64,000 bases of DNA from Epithemia pelagica (Eukaryota > Protista > Bacillariophyta): contig OX337239.1 in assembly GCA_946965045.2 (NCBI GenBank), positions 2,666,001-2,730,000 of the forward strand, given 5' to 3'. The notes under the pieces are model-generated. The model did not search any database, was not told where the DNA came from, and was given only the letters and a program-made list of their open reading frames with translations. Numbering within the stretch: position 1 is the first letter of the stretch; each line of letters starts with the position of its first letter. The position numbers and the translations under genes are program-made. Shown in pieces: positions 40,920 through 52,660 of the stretch.

Positions 40920-43900
40920 GATCCCAAGTATTCGTCTGGCGGTTTGATACTGTCGGGCTTGATCGTATAGAGCCTCTGCAGGTCCTGCATCACGGTTTTG
41001 GGATCATGACTAACAATCAGCAGATCATCAATATAGACCAAAACATACTCGTAATACTGGAACCCATCAGATGGTCGAGTGTTCGCTCGAAGCCATACAT
41101 CCGGATCAGCTTGACACATCTTAAATCCCATATCGCGGAGCGTTGCGGCGATGTGATCACGCCACCTTGCGGCAGAACTTTTGAGACCATATAATGCACG
41201 CACTATCAGTGCAGGTTGTCCAACCTTATCTGGTCCAAATTCGAGTCCCGCGGTGGTAGAGGTCTTCTCTTTAGTCGGTGCGTTTAGATATGCGTTTTGC
41301 ACGTACCCGACGAGAACATCTAGACCATTTAGTGCAGCGATAGTAAAAGCAATGCGTACGCTATCGCGGGATACCACACTAGAATAGGTCGATTCTTTGG
41401 GTGGATCAGTTTTGTGGCCTCCGGCCACTAACCGTGCTTTTTGTCGCAGGTCTGATTTGATATCAAAAACCATATGACAGGGAATATGCTTGTATCCAGA
41501 AGGCACTTCGCCATCAGCTGGAAATTCGAAAGCAATACCAACGTTCTTCATTTCTTTCTCAATAGCCTTGCGCCAGAAGTCAGTCCCCGTTTGGCGGTCA
41601 ATCGCCAGGGCCTCTTCTACAGAGTGGGGCAGCTCAATGCCATACTTGTGCGTTCGCTTCCAATAACGTGACTTTACCTTTTCGATAATGCGGTCTCGTT
41701 TGCGAAGTGCACGTGGCACCCACCATGCGAAAGCAGGCTCTTTTGCGATGCCAGTGGATACTACGTATTCGGCGGCTTCAATCATATTTCCATTCTTGAC
41801 GTCTTTGAGCGGCAGCCAAACAGTTGATTGATCGGACAGTTCACATTGCAATTCCCAGCCTTTCGTTGTGTGGTGTGATGTGCCGTCAAGGAACGATGCG
41901 TCTGTTTGCTTAACTGCGGTCTCATCATTGCGGTGACCCACAATGGCTTTCAATGTGTTGAACGCATTGCCCTCCGGGTCAACTTGCGAATACAGATTCT
42001 CTGCGATCATATTGGTTGCATACGACTTGACCGATCCATCCGGAAACTGTACGTCGTAGTACCGGGTATCAAGGATTGGGTTTGAGTCGCGCTCACCAAT
42101 AGGTCGCCCATGAGCATCTTTCGTGCGTCCAATGATTTTCGCTCGAGCGCTTTCACCTCCTCGCGGCAGCATGACTTCAGTGGTGAGATATTTATCTAGT
42201 TCCTCCGGCGTGTACGCGTCGGATTCCAGGGCTTCGGCCTCTGGGAACAAGGGCTCTAGAAGTTCACCTTCGTCAAAGAGGTCTGGGGGTGGATCGCTCC
42301 CAGTTGTACCATCAGATGGCGGCTCGTTCATTTGCGTTTGAATAGCGGCATCATAGTCCAACAACTGCTGATGAATTGTCGGATTCCTCAGGTCGTCTTC
42401 CGGAATGGCCCACACATCTTTTCGTGTGACATGATTGCCCTCTTGCGTTAGGATTTCATAGGCCATATCATCGGTGCAATCATTGGCTAAGCCCAACCAT
42501 CGGCCAATCAGTCTTCTTTCGAAGGGAAACTGTGCCATGGGCATGCGATAATACACCGACTGATAGAATTGGAACATGGCTAATGGAGAGATGTCTGGCG
42601 TTGAGCCAATTGCATGCTCAAACGGTGTACGTCCATCTAATTCAGGGATATCGGATGCCGTGAGTTGCCGTACGTGTGAGCACCATTTAAGAGCATAGCT
42701 CCATAAACGTCGTGGTGCGCCGGTCGTCCTCATAATTTTGACAACTCCCTTCTTTAGTTCACGAATGCTCGCTTCGGCGGCAGTCTGCCATGGACTATAA
42801 GGAACCGTTTTCTCCATCTTTATGCGGTACTCGTTGCATATTTCACGGGACTTCCCTAGGAACAATTCTCGGGCACCATCAGATACCATTGTTTGGGGAA
42901 TCCCTACATTGTGAATCAAAGACATCAATCCTTCGGGATGTTGCTTTTTCGACTTCCAGGGATAAACGTGGTCGAATCTTTTGCCGTCTGTAAAGATCGA
43001 GGCGCCCGTGTCCCCGTTCAGTGATACTTCCTTGGCAAACATCTCGTCCGAGAACCAACGGCCTTTCACATTAGGGAACTTGAGCCACGGTGCCTTCTTA
43101 CGGACCTTACGCTCAGATGGGATTAATACGTTTCGTACTCCAGCCTGCGTCGTCACTTTAAGCGTATTCTTTGCTTTGGGTAAACCAATGCCCCAACGTT
43201 GTGACAGTACGGCTGCGTCAAGCAGCCGACGTTCACGTTTGTCCTCCGGGACTACATCAGGCTCCTCCTTCTCTGGATGAACAGTGACCGTCGCGATCAA
43301 GCGTTCGTCCAGGTCGTCGCCATGTGCGTCGGCGTCCAGATCTGGTGATAGATGGGCAAAAGCATGCTGGTACGTTCGCACTGCTTTGATGAGTCGTGGA
43401 ATGGAGGATGCGGCAATCGAATTCGGATCGCCATTGCGAACGACAGTAGCGGCAGCTACACCCAGTTTCTCCTCCGCGTCCGCAAAGGCGGCAGAACGAG
43501 GTTGCCATGGGCTATCGGCAGTTAGCACAACTTGTGGTAAGTGTTCCAGCTCGTCAGAAGTGGGTTTGCGAGTGGCGAAACCACTTATCACACCAGCCAT
43601 GGTGAGCGGGATGGTGAGATCGGCATCCGGTACGTGGATACTATGCGTGCTGTGCGGGTCAAACTGTTTAGGTACGTCGTTGACAACGATGCCATGGGCA
43701 CGCATCTGGTTCGGACAGAGTAACGAACTGCCCATACGGTCCCCTAAAAACAATGCTTGGTGGATGACAAGCAAGTAAGACTGGTTTTCGCTGTCAGTCC
43801 AGACAGTAGCAACAGTCGCAAGAGGGACATTGGTTAGCGGATTATATTCCTCCGCGAACGGATGCACACTGATATAGCGGTGGGCTTTGGAGAGCATTCC

Positions 43901-44113
43901 GAAGTCTCTTCCCACGGCACAGGTGTCCGCATGTGAGTCCAACTCACAGGTGAGCTCAATGGTCTCAACACCATATTCGTCGGTGTTCATGGCACATAGA
44001 CGATGTGCGAAACGTTTAGAATAACTATAATGGGTGCCTACATGTGCATTCGATTGAACAATAAGATTCGTTTTATCAATTTTTACTGCTTCGGCAGCGG
44101 ATACACAGGGCAC
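40920..44113 (-). pseudogene. 5' part of CoDi pol (protease, integrase, chromo-like segment, RT N-terminus)
   Basis: ELDSHADTC (protease), WFSDEM/MVSDGA/AEASIRE (integrase), KARLVAGGH, NAYLNA, LYGL, YIDD. First ATG at 43990. Confidence 0.92.
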
Positions 44114-44119
44114 ACTCCA

Positions 44120-46194
44120 TCAGGAGGAAGGAGACAGGTCGGCAGACTTGTCAGAGACATTCGGGTCACGGACATCGAATTCAAGATCGGCGGAATAACG
44201 ACCGCATCCATTACGCCTTCGCTCTGCGGCAGCCAATTGTCCATTGGCAAGCATAGTGTATTTTAAAGCTTCGTCGAACACTTCCGTGTGCTCGGCTAAG
44301 CGTTTGCACACATGGTACATTTGGCGCTCTTCACGTTCATAGCCTGACATTTTAGACCAGCGCCAAGACCAAATTGGACTTTTGTGGACAATAGTGTCGA
44401 TCTCTTCGCGGAAGCTTCCTTTCAGCATGCTTTGGTCATGCTTGGTAAGTGAGCGGACGTTGCGAGTCCCTTCAGCATACTTGCCTTTGACCGGTAGCGA
44501 CAGCTTCACAAAGATGTCGCCGTGTTCCGGGACTGGCGGGATGGTCATATGACTCATATCAGGACGTCCGTCCTCTTCCCATTGCCACATCGGTGGATAG
44601 GTCTCGTATTCCCCCATGGGGCGAGTACGTACGGATTTGACGGACGCAGATCCGGGTTCGTTCGGTTGTGCTTTAGCCTTATGCGCGAAAAGTCCAAAGC
44701 TGTTGCCAGCTGAGGACTTTGTCGGCTGCGAATCGTCTTCGGATGATTTCGCAGGTGAGGCGGAAGCGCGGAACTTAGCGTGCTTGTCTGGCGACGGTAC
44801 GTTGTCAACAGAGGAGTCAAGCAAGCTCTCGTCTACTTCCATAATGACCGATACGTTGGTCTTAGCCTCCGGCTTAGCGTCGTCTTCGTCAATATCTACT
44901 GAGATTGCATCCTCAGCAGTACTCCCATGCGACGTTTTCGATCTCTTCGACGATGCGTTGGAAGAGTCGTCGGTGGTGACGGATCCAAGCTTCCGCTTTT
45001 CTTTGCGCTCTTTGCGAAGAGCCAGGACTTGTTTGCGTTCGTCCTCTGTCAGGTCTGCCCATTCGTTGGCATTGTAGTGACCAGCATGAACGCGGTCCTT
45101 CTTCTTCTTGCTCTTTTTCTGATTGCGCCCTTTTCCCTTTCCTTTGCTTGGGGTGGTACCAGCAGCGGCGATCTTGCGAGAGTCGTCCTGCGTTTCGGTT
45201 TTGGCGGCACTGTGCACAGTCAAGAAGTTTTGCTGGCACGCTTCGAAGTTCTCCAACTTCTCCTGGTCACCGTTAACGACGGTCTTGGCTTGGACGAGCG
45301 TCGGATCGGTGATCCCATTCATGAAATTGGTCACCTTTTTCGTTTCCGCAACCGTTTCGCCAAGCTCTTCCAGGGTGTTGTGCGCATGTTGGTGACGGTG
45401 GATGTAGTCATGGAAGCGGTACTTCCCTCGTCCTGTAAACTTAGCGTTTGCGATCTGCGCATAAGCTTGTTTCTTGCGCAGGATGCTCGCGGCCTGTCCA
45501 GTGGCTTGCCGCTTGACGGTTAGGTAGGCCTCACGGCCGTCCTTTGATTTCGCATGCGTTTTAGCAAACGTCCATGCCGGGCCATCATAGATAAGAGGGT
45601 AGTACAGCTCAGACACTCTGCGTCGGTCGGCTTTGTACTGATCCCCCTCATGACGAGTGGTCGCGACTAGGTCGTCGTCAATACAGTCGTAATCGGCGGT
45701 TAGTGCGTCGTCCGGTACGTCGGACTCCTCACGCAATACGTAGGTGACACTCCCGTTGTCGGATCGCGGTGCTGACCCAAGTACGTGCGCCACATTCCGT
45801 CGTGACGTTCCCAATCGGCGAGGTTCGTTAGCCTTTTGGGTGGTACTGGGTCATCCTGACCATCAGTGGTGGTGGCATTCAGGAGTTCCGTTACGCGTTT
45901 CATCCACTTGGTGATTACGTCACCAGTATAAGCACCAGCATCAAGGTCCTGACCACGGACAGAACGGTACTCCAACCACATTCGGAAGCCAAGGAACTTC
46001 AGGTTGAACTGGTAGGGTAGAGTCACACCGTCGGGTAGGTTCTTGGCTAATGTCTTCAGCATGGGCTTGACTTCGTTGATGGGAAACTCCAGGAACTGAT
46101 CCGTTGTTGTGAAGCCCTGTTGCGTTAGGTGCTCAACGGTGTCATTGTCGTAGCCACAGCGGCCCAGTGCAGTACGGAAGGCCTTTGCGGCCAT
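44120..46194 (-). pseudogene. CoDi gag, one frameshift near 45745
   Basis: ATG at 46194 (MAAKAFRTALGRCG); ORFs 45700-46194 and 44120-45814 overlap in different frames; KSKDGREAY and KYRFHDYIHRHQHAHNTL are gag-like. Confidence 0.75.
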
Positions 46195-46319
46195 GGTTCA
46201 AGGGTCGGATGAAGGGTAGGAGGGTAGCAGAAGGTCAAACGGATGGCAAGGGAAGGCTTGTTCTTGTGCAGAAATTTGCAATTGTGATGGGAAGAGCGAA
46301 TTTCTGTGAGCCAACAATC

Positions 46320-46420
46320 TGCGAGTGAATCGGCGAGTAGTCGTCCGGCGATTCCGCGAGCGAGCGAGTTGGCGATCGGCGAATCCGCGAGTCGGCGAAC
46401 CGGCGATTCCGCGAGCAAGC
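46320..46420. repeat. Short GC-rich repeats (GGCGA[T/A]TCCGCGAG) in the CoDi 5' leader
   Basis: Three to four imperfect copies are visible. Confidence 0.7.
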
Positions 46421-46675
46421 AGGCACGTGTCAAAAGCCAGCAGGCTTATATAATTGAGTCGTACGGAGCGCGTGGATGGACGGTCCACGTGTACGAGCAC
46501 GTGCACGGTACGTTGTGCAGTCGCAAGTCACAAATTAGCGAGTGGGTCCCACAGTGACAAAAACAAGTCACAGAGATGACGCAGGCGAGCGAGTGACGAA
46601 GCTGCTTAGCGCGAACACCTCTCGAGTTTTGATCAGGCGCTTGCCGTCCGGCGAACAGTGGGGAATAACAGACGA

Positions 46676-46689
46676 TGGGTCTGATAAAC
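46676..46689 (-). promoter_or_regulatory. Primer-binding site of the CoDi element
   Basis: The minus strand reads GTTTATCAGACCCA directly after the 5' LTR; the same sequence is at 55217-55230. Confidence 0.65.
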
Positions 46690-46929
46690 TGAATAAAAAC
46701 TGACGGCCAGACGCAATATACGGCTTGCAACAATCAAACTATCAGAAATTATGGTAACTAAACTAGGGGTGCCCTTTGGGGGCAAATCGCTCACGAAGGG
46801 GCCAAACAGCGACCACGGTACCCACTAGCGAACACGCAACTAGGGGCCGGGCGATGCCAGGCAATGCGTAGCGAGGCATAGCGAGGCCCTTCGTAGTTTT
46901 CAAAGGGGGCGCCCGTGATTATTTATTCA
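46690..46929 (-). repeat. 5' LTR (240 bp)
   Basis: 237/240 identical to 33737-33976. Confidence 0.95.
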
Positions 46930-47434
46930 ATTGGGGCACTGTCAACTGGGTGACAATAGACTTGTTGTCTCCAAATGCATAGGTGTGGTAAGCTAGAGGG
47001 ACTCCCAACATCCTAAGCGTGTATCGAAGATCCATTACTTGATCGGTCATAGTACGACCTGCGATGAACTCTGAGGTTCACGTTGCAGTAGCAACAGTAC
47101 TTTGTTTTTGGAATACCAATCTACAGGGGTCTTGATAACAAACATAAGCACGCCAGTCATTCCACGTTCGGTAATAAGGTCATGATACAGATTCGCATCA
47201 AAGATCGCATCAAAGATCGCAGAAATCCTGACCATTTGTCCTAACGGCGTCGGTATGTCTTGATGAAGTTCCTCATCAATGTTTTCATATATGGAATTCA
47301 ACCAATCATGTTCTTCTCCCTTGAGTTCACTATCATCAGGAATTCCTGTCCTAACTTTTATAGCTCCATCTTGAAAGTGCTTGGCGTATCCATAGAGATG
47401 TTTCATGCGATCCATGTGTTCAATTCTTGGGGCA

Positions 47435-48724
47435 GCACGATCAGGTATGTGTGAGTTGTCCAGAATGCGGGCTGGCGCGCGCCCGCGCGCAAGAAGAAAA
47501 TTCGTCGGATGCAACACGGGGTATCGTGGAAAACCATGGTGCTTCAGAGGTCGGTCCGAAACCCTAAACATGTACCTTTTTCCATTCGAAACCTTACAAT
47601 CGTCCCTATGACCATGGTTTGACTGGTTGTTACCTTTCGAATGGAAAAAGGTACATGTTCTGACCTTCATTTTCTACTTGACATTGTGTACAAGGTGTAA
47701 TGCGTTGCGTGGGATGGTTGGGTGGAGTGTCGCGTCCCGTCCCATCCCATCGTATCGATTGAAACACAGAAGTAATAAAATTATGCATACGCTATAGTGT
47801 TGTATTTCTAGCCATTAGACCAGTCGTCGTGATTGTTCAGCTCCTGCTGCTGCGTTTCCGCAAAGTCGGCTGGGACGACTCCAATAGGGCAAGCCAGTCT
47901 CTTCGTCGTCGTCGTCGGGCACAAAGTCACGGGCCTGGTAGACAAAGGGCGACGAGGTTGATTAAAAGACACGGATATCGAAGCTGACACATTGCTGACA
48001 CGCCGGTCACTGGTGAGGTACCTTCCAACGAATGACGCATTGATGGGCAATTTGTGATCCGCGTTGTTGCTCTCGTTCGTCTACTTGGTCTTGTTACTCT
48101 CGTGCCCTTGTTCGTCGTGTCGCTCTCGTTGCCCTTGTTGCTCTCATTGGTCGTGGTACCTCTCGTTGGTCGTGTTGCCCTTGTTGCTCTCGTTGGTAGT
48201 GTTGCACTCGTTGCTCTCGTTGGTCTCATTGCGCTTGCTCGTATTGGTGATTGCTGGAAGAAAGAGAGGTTGTTTGGTTGCCTTGCTTTTCACCTCAGCC
48301 AGCCCTTCCCCAGCATGCAACTTGTTGCCTAGGATGCAAGTACTGCGAGGGCAATTGTTGATGTACGTCAACATGTTTGGTTGTTGGTTTTGTGTTTGCA
48401 CTTAGCACATCGGTGCTTTGTCATCACTGGAGAGAGAGAGAGCGGGTGCTGCAAGTCCTTCCAACAAGCGGGGTCGACGATCGTGTACCACATCTTGTTG
48501 GTCCATGGCAAGCAAGGTAGGATCATTGGGTCGTCGAGTATCCAGAAGAGGAAAGGGGCACGGAGGTACGGCATTGATTGTGATGGAGTGTCCCCTCCCG
48601 ACGCGGGTTGTTGTTACAAGTACGCTGTGACTTTCTCTCTTGACTGACTAATTGCCAGTAAACTGAGAATGTAAGCGTAACACTCTAATTAAGCCCCACC
48701 ACATACCTGATCGTGCGCTGTGTC
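47435..48724. mobile_element. Non-autonomous 1.29-kb insertion bounded by a 17-bp perfect inverted repeat
   Basis: GCACGATCAGGTATGTG at 47435-47451 and its reverse complement at 48700-48716. CACG direct repeat at 47436-47439 and 48725-48728. The flanking RT rejoins in frame (LSSYR-AAPRIEH). Confidence 0.6.
48055..48250. repeat. Degenerate minisatellite (TTGTTGCTCTCGTTGGT-like units)
   Basis: Visible imperfect tandem units inside the 1.29-kb insertion. Confidence 0.75.
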
Positions 48725-50399
48725 CACGGTAGGAAGATAATGCGTTTACAGCGACTGCGACATCGAATCGACCAAGTGTGATCAACCACTGTGCAGCGCC
48801 GACCACATCTACTTTGCAATGCCCTCTTCGTCCAGGAAGTCAGTGTCATCAAATTCAGGATGATCACCGCTCGGGAAAGGGCGCCAACCATTTACATATA
48901 TTTTGCTATGCCCTCTTCATCCAAGAAATCTGTTTCATCAAGTTCAGGATGATCACCACTTGGTAATGGAGATGATTGTTTCTTTCAAGGTCTCCCCTGG
49001 AAACATCTTCTCATAAGTACTGACCATCTTCTGGATGTACTTCTTGGGCTTATAAAATAGTGTACCATTTGAGCTTGTACTTATGGACATGGACAAGTCT
49101 GTCAAGATATTCTTTTGGATTCTTCATGATCAACAGCAGGTCATCTACATACACATCAATGTATTCATAAACATTACCATTACGTCTCATCCAAACGTCC
49201 TTATCGGCGCGACATGGGGTGAATCCGTCATTACACATTGTGTCGGCAAAGCGTTCATGATAACGTTTCCCAGATGTCTTGAGACCGTAGAGTGCCTTGT
49301 TTATAACCATAGTGTACCCTTCAAGACCAAATACTCTAAATTCTGAACCAGCTTCAAAGTATACCTTTTCTTTTGTATCAGCTTGATAAGCCTGTAAGCC
49401 AATGAGCTCACCGATCAGGAGGATAAGCTTGATACTTCTGAGAGATACTACTCCAGAGTACACGCTTTCCCCTGGATGGTCTGTCAGGTGTCACCCTGCC
49501 ACAAGTCGGGACTTAATCAGCAGCCATGTAGACGTTAGTTCCCTTCACTATGAAGGTCTGGTAATCCATTAACTGCTGTATCTCTATTTTCATACAATCA
49601 AGCCATTTCGTGTTGTCGTTTTCTTCATCAAAGCAAAGTTCTACGAAGCTTCACGTGAACGATTGTGCGTCATCATGGAGATCTTCATTGGTGACAGGGG
49701 TGAAGATCACATCCCACTGAACCACCTGCTCTTCACACTGAAAAGGAAGAGGAACCTCAAACGGCTCAGACCAGATGTGTTTCTTACCTGGCAATGTCTT
49801 CGTAATTATTCCCACCTCGGCTTCAAATGCGTTCTTCAGGGCTGAGAGTTTGTGCAAGATCCTGAATGCATTAAGGATTGCCTCTTTGGCCGACAGAGAC
49901 TATGAAAACGGACAGTCGTATGATCACGACCGCTATTCACCTTGTAGTTGAAGCAGAACCACGGAAAAGTGAACATATTTGACTCCGTCAGCTTCTTTTT
50001 CATCGACATTGGACTCATCTGGTTTGTCAAGTCATCCAAGGCTAGAGGTGCATCAGCTGCGGCCGTCGCTTTCTTGGGCGGAGCCTTCTTCTTGTGGACT
50101 GGGGTCGTATCGAGGCGACCAACAGGCATCGTGGCGGCGATCAGCTCTTTGTCGTCTTCTTCTTTTGTTTCGTCGAGGTCTTCTCTGAACACGAACTCGT
50201 CGTCATTGCCGCTGTTGTCCGAAATGTCTTCAAGACAACGATCCTTCTTTGCTGCTTTTGAACCTGCGAACATAAAGGCGATGAGAAGACAATATGAGAA
50301 ACCAATTAGAAAGTAAAATATGCACGATGGCCATCTTGTGTTCGGCTGAAACAATGGTCTCTCGCTTTCTCGCGAAAGCGATTGCCGAAGGTCTTCTAC

Positions 50400-52140
50400 T
50401 TCATGGCCGGCCAGTGAGCGACTCGGACAGCTTCAATGTCCGAGCGGGCTCCTTTGCGATGCCGGCGGACACTGCATATTCGGCGGCTTCATCCATATTG
50501 CCATTCTTGACGTCTTTCAGCGGCAGCCAAACAGTTGATTGATCGGACAGTTCACATTGTAGTTTCCAGCCTTTCTTTGTGTGACGTGACGTACCATCAA
50601 GAAACGATGCGTCGGTTCTCTCAACAGCGGTAAAATCACTACGATGTCCCACAATGGCTTTAAATGTGTTGAATGCGTTGCCCTCCTGGTCAACTTGCGC
50701 ATAAAGATTCTCAGCGATCATATTAGTGGCGTATGACTCAACCGATCCATCCGGAAACTGTACATTGTAGTACCGGGTATCAAGGATTGGATTAGGGTCA
50801 CGGTCACCTATTGGTCGTCCATGAGCGTCCTTAGTGCGTCCAATGATGGTCACTCGAGCACTTTCACCTCCTCGCGGCAGCATGACTTCAGCAGTTAGAT
50901 ATTCATTAAGCTCCTCCGGTGTGTACGCATCGGATTTAAGTGCTTCGGCTTCTGGAAATAAGGGCTCAACTATCTCGCCTTCGTCAAAGAGTTCTGGGGG
51001 TGGATCACTCCCAGGTGTACCATCAGATGGTGGCTCTTTCAGTTTCCTCTGAATAGCGGCATCATAGTCTGTCATCTGTTGTCGAATCGTCGGATTCTTG
51101 AGATCGTCATCCGGAATGGCCTACACATCTTTCCGTGTGACATGATTGCCCTCTTGCGTTAGGATTTCATAGGCCATATCATCGGTGCAATCATCGGCAA
51201 GGCCCAGCCATTGTCCAATCAACTTTTTCTCGAAGGGAAACTGAGACGTGGGCGTGCGATAATACACCGGCTGATAGAATTGGAACATGGCTAATGGAGA
51301 AATGTCTGGTGTGGAGCCAACCACATGTTCGAACGGTTTGCGTTCATCTCATTCAGAGATGTCGGATGCCGTGAGTTGCCGTACGTGTGTGCACAATTTA
51401 AGAGCAAAGCTTCATTCACGTTGTGGTGCTCCGGTTACTCTCATGACTTTGACTACTCCCTTCTTTAGCTCACGAATGCTTGCTTCGGCGGCGTTCTGCC
51501 ATGGACTGTAGGGAACCGTTTTCTCCATCTTGATGCGACATTCGTTGGATATTTCACCGGACTTCCCTTGGAACAATTCACTGGCACCATCAGATACCAT
51601 TGTCTGCGGAATCCCTATATTCTGATCACACCAGTCCGGGTAAGTGGTATGACAAGGTTGGCATCCGACACAGGGATGCTATGCGTACTTTGTGGGTCAA
51701 ATTATTTCGGTACGTCATTGACCACAACATCATTGGTACGCATTTGGTTCGGACAGAGTAACGAACTGTCCATACGGTCCCATAAGAACAATGCTTGGTG
51801 AATGACAAGCAAGTATGACTGGTTGTCGCTGTCGGTCCAGACAGTAGCAGAAGTCGCAATAGGAACATTGGACAACGGAGTATATTCCTCCGAAAATGGG
51901 TGCACAGTGATATAGCAGTGGGGTTCGGAGAGCATGACAAAGTGTCTTCCCACGGCACATGTGTCCGCATGTGAGTCTAATTCACAGGTTAACTCAATGG
52001 TCTCACCATGTTCGTCGGTGTTCATTGCATAGAGACGACATGCAAAACGTTTCGAAAAACTAAATTAGGTGCCTAAAGTGCATTTTGAACAATAAGATGC
52101 GTTTTATCATTATTCACTGTAGCAGCAGATGCACATGGCA
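50400..52140 (-). mobile_element. Decayed, internally deleted relative of the CoDi pol (protease-integrase-chromo-like region)
   Basis: MNTDEHGETIELTCELDSHADTC, MVSDGASE and YTPEEL...MLPRGGE align with 41750-44100, with many substitutions and deletions. Confidence 0.85.
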
Positions 52141-52600
52141 GTGTAAGGCCAAGTGTTTCCAACCGTGCTTTCAAATAGTCATACCACAGTCGTGGCGCTC
52201 GATGGTCACCGTACAGACTCTTGTTGACTTCAAGAACTTTATCGCTGTGATCTTTACCGTAGCCCGTTGGTAAGTTGACGGAGATGGGCTCGGGCAAACT
52301 TGATTGAACGAAAGCATTCTCGAAGTAGATTGAGGCTGTAACCAAGTTGTGTTGCACCGACAGAATCAACAATTACAAAATTGATGGCCAGTCGATTACG
52401 GGTGCGAATGTATCCTCCTTGTCAAATATGGCCTTCTGTCGGTTGCCACGAACCACCAAACGTGCTTTGTAGCGAGAGACGGTACCATCGGAAAGACGCT
52501 TTGTTTCCCCCACGACGTGGAATTGTGGGCTGATGTCGTTGGTGGTGAGATTACAAATCAGTCCCACTGTCGTTGAATGAGGACTCGAGAAACCCAATTA
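52141..52600 (-). mobile_element. Fragments of RT from a different copia lineage
   Basis: SRYKARLVVRGNRQ, FENAFVQ and KSLYGDHRAPRLWY. Confidence 0.7.
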
Positions 52601-52660
52601 TTGTCCTTGACGTGCCCGAGAGTTTCACTTTGGAAGTTTCTTGAACATAAGAGGGGCAAC

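Larger units (their letters stand above)
33737..46929 (-). mobile_element. Full-length CoDi-like Ty1/copia element (7.36 kb without the nested Ginger-like insertion)
   Basis: 240-bp LTRs TGAATAAA...TTTATTCA at 33737-33976 and 46690-46929 (3 mismatches). 4-bp TSD ATTG at 33733-33736 and 46930-46933. PBS at 46676-46689; gag and pol ORFs present. Confidence 0.95.
46930..49480 (-). mobile_element. RT/RNase H remnant of the older copia (host of the CoDi element and of a 1.29-kb TIR insertion)
   Basis: YSGVVSLRS, KALYGLKTSG, YVDDLL, LGRFDVAVAV...RAAPR, DANLYHDLIT and SEFIAGR...LRMLGVP...GDNKSIV. Several frameshifts and deletions. Confidence 0.85.

Noticed and set aside
48055-48250. CRISPR-like array
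   Set aside because: The units are degenerate and contiguous with no unique spacers, there are no cas genes, and the context is eukaryotic.
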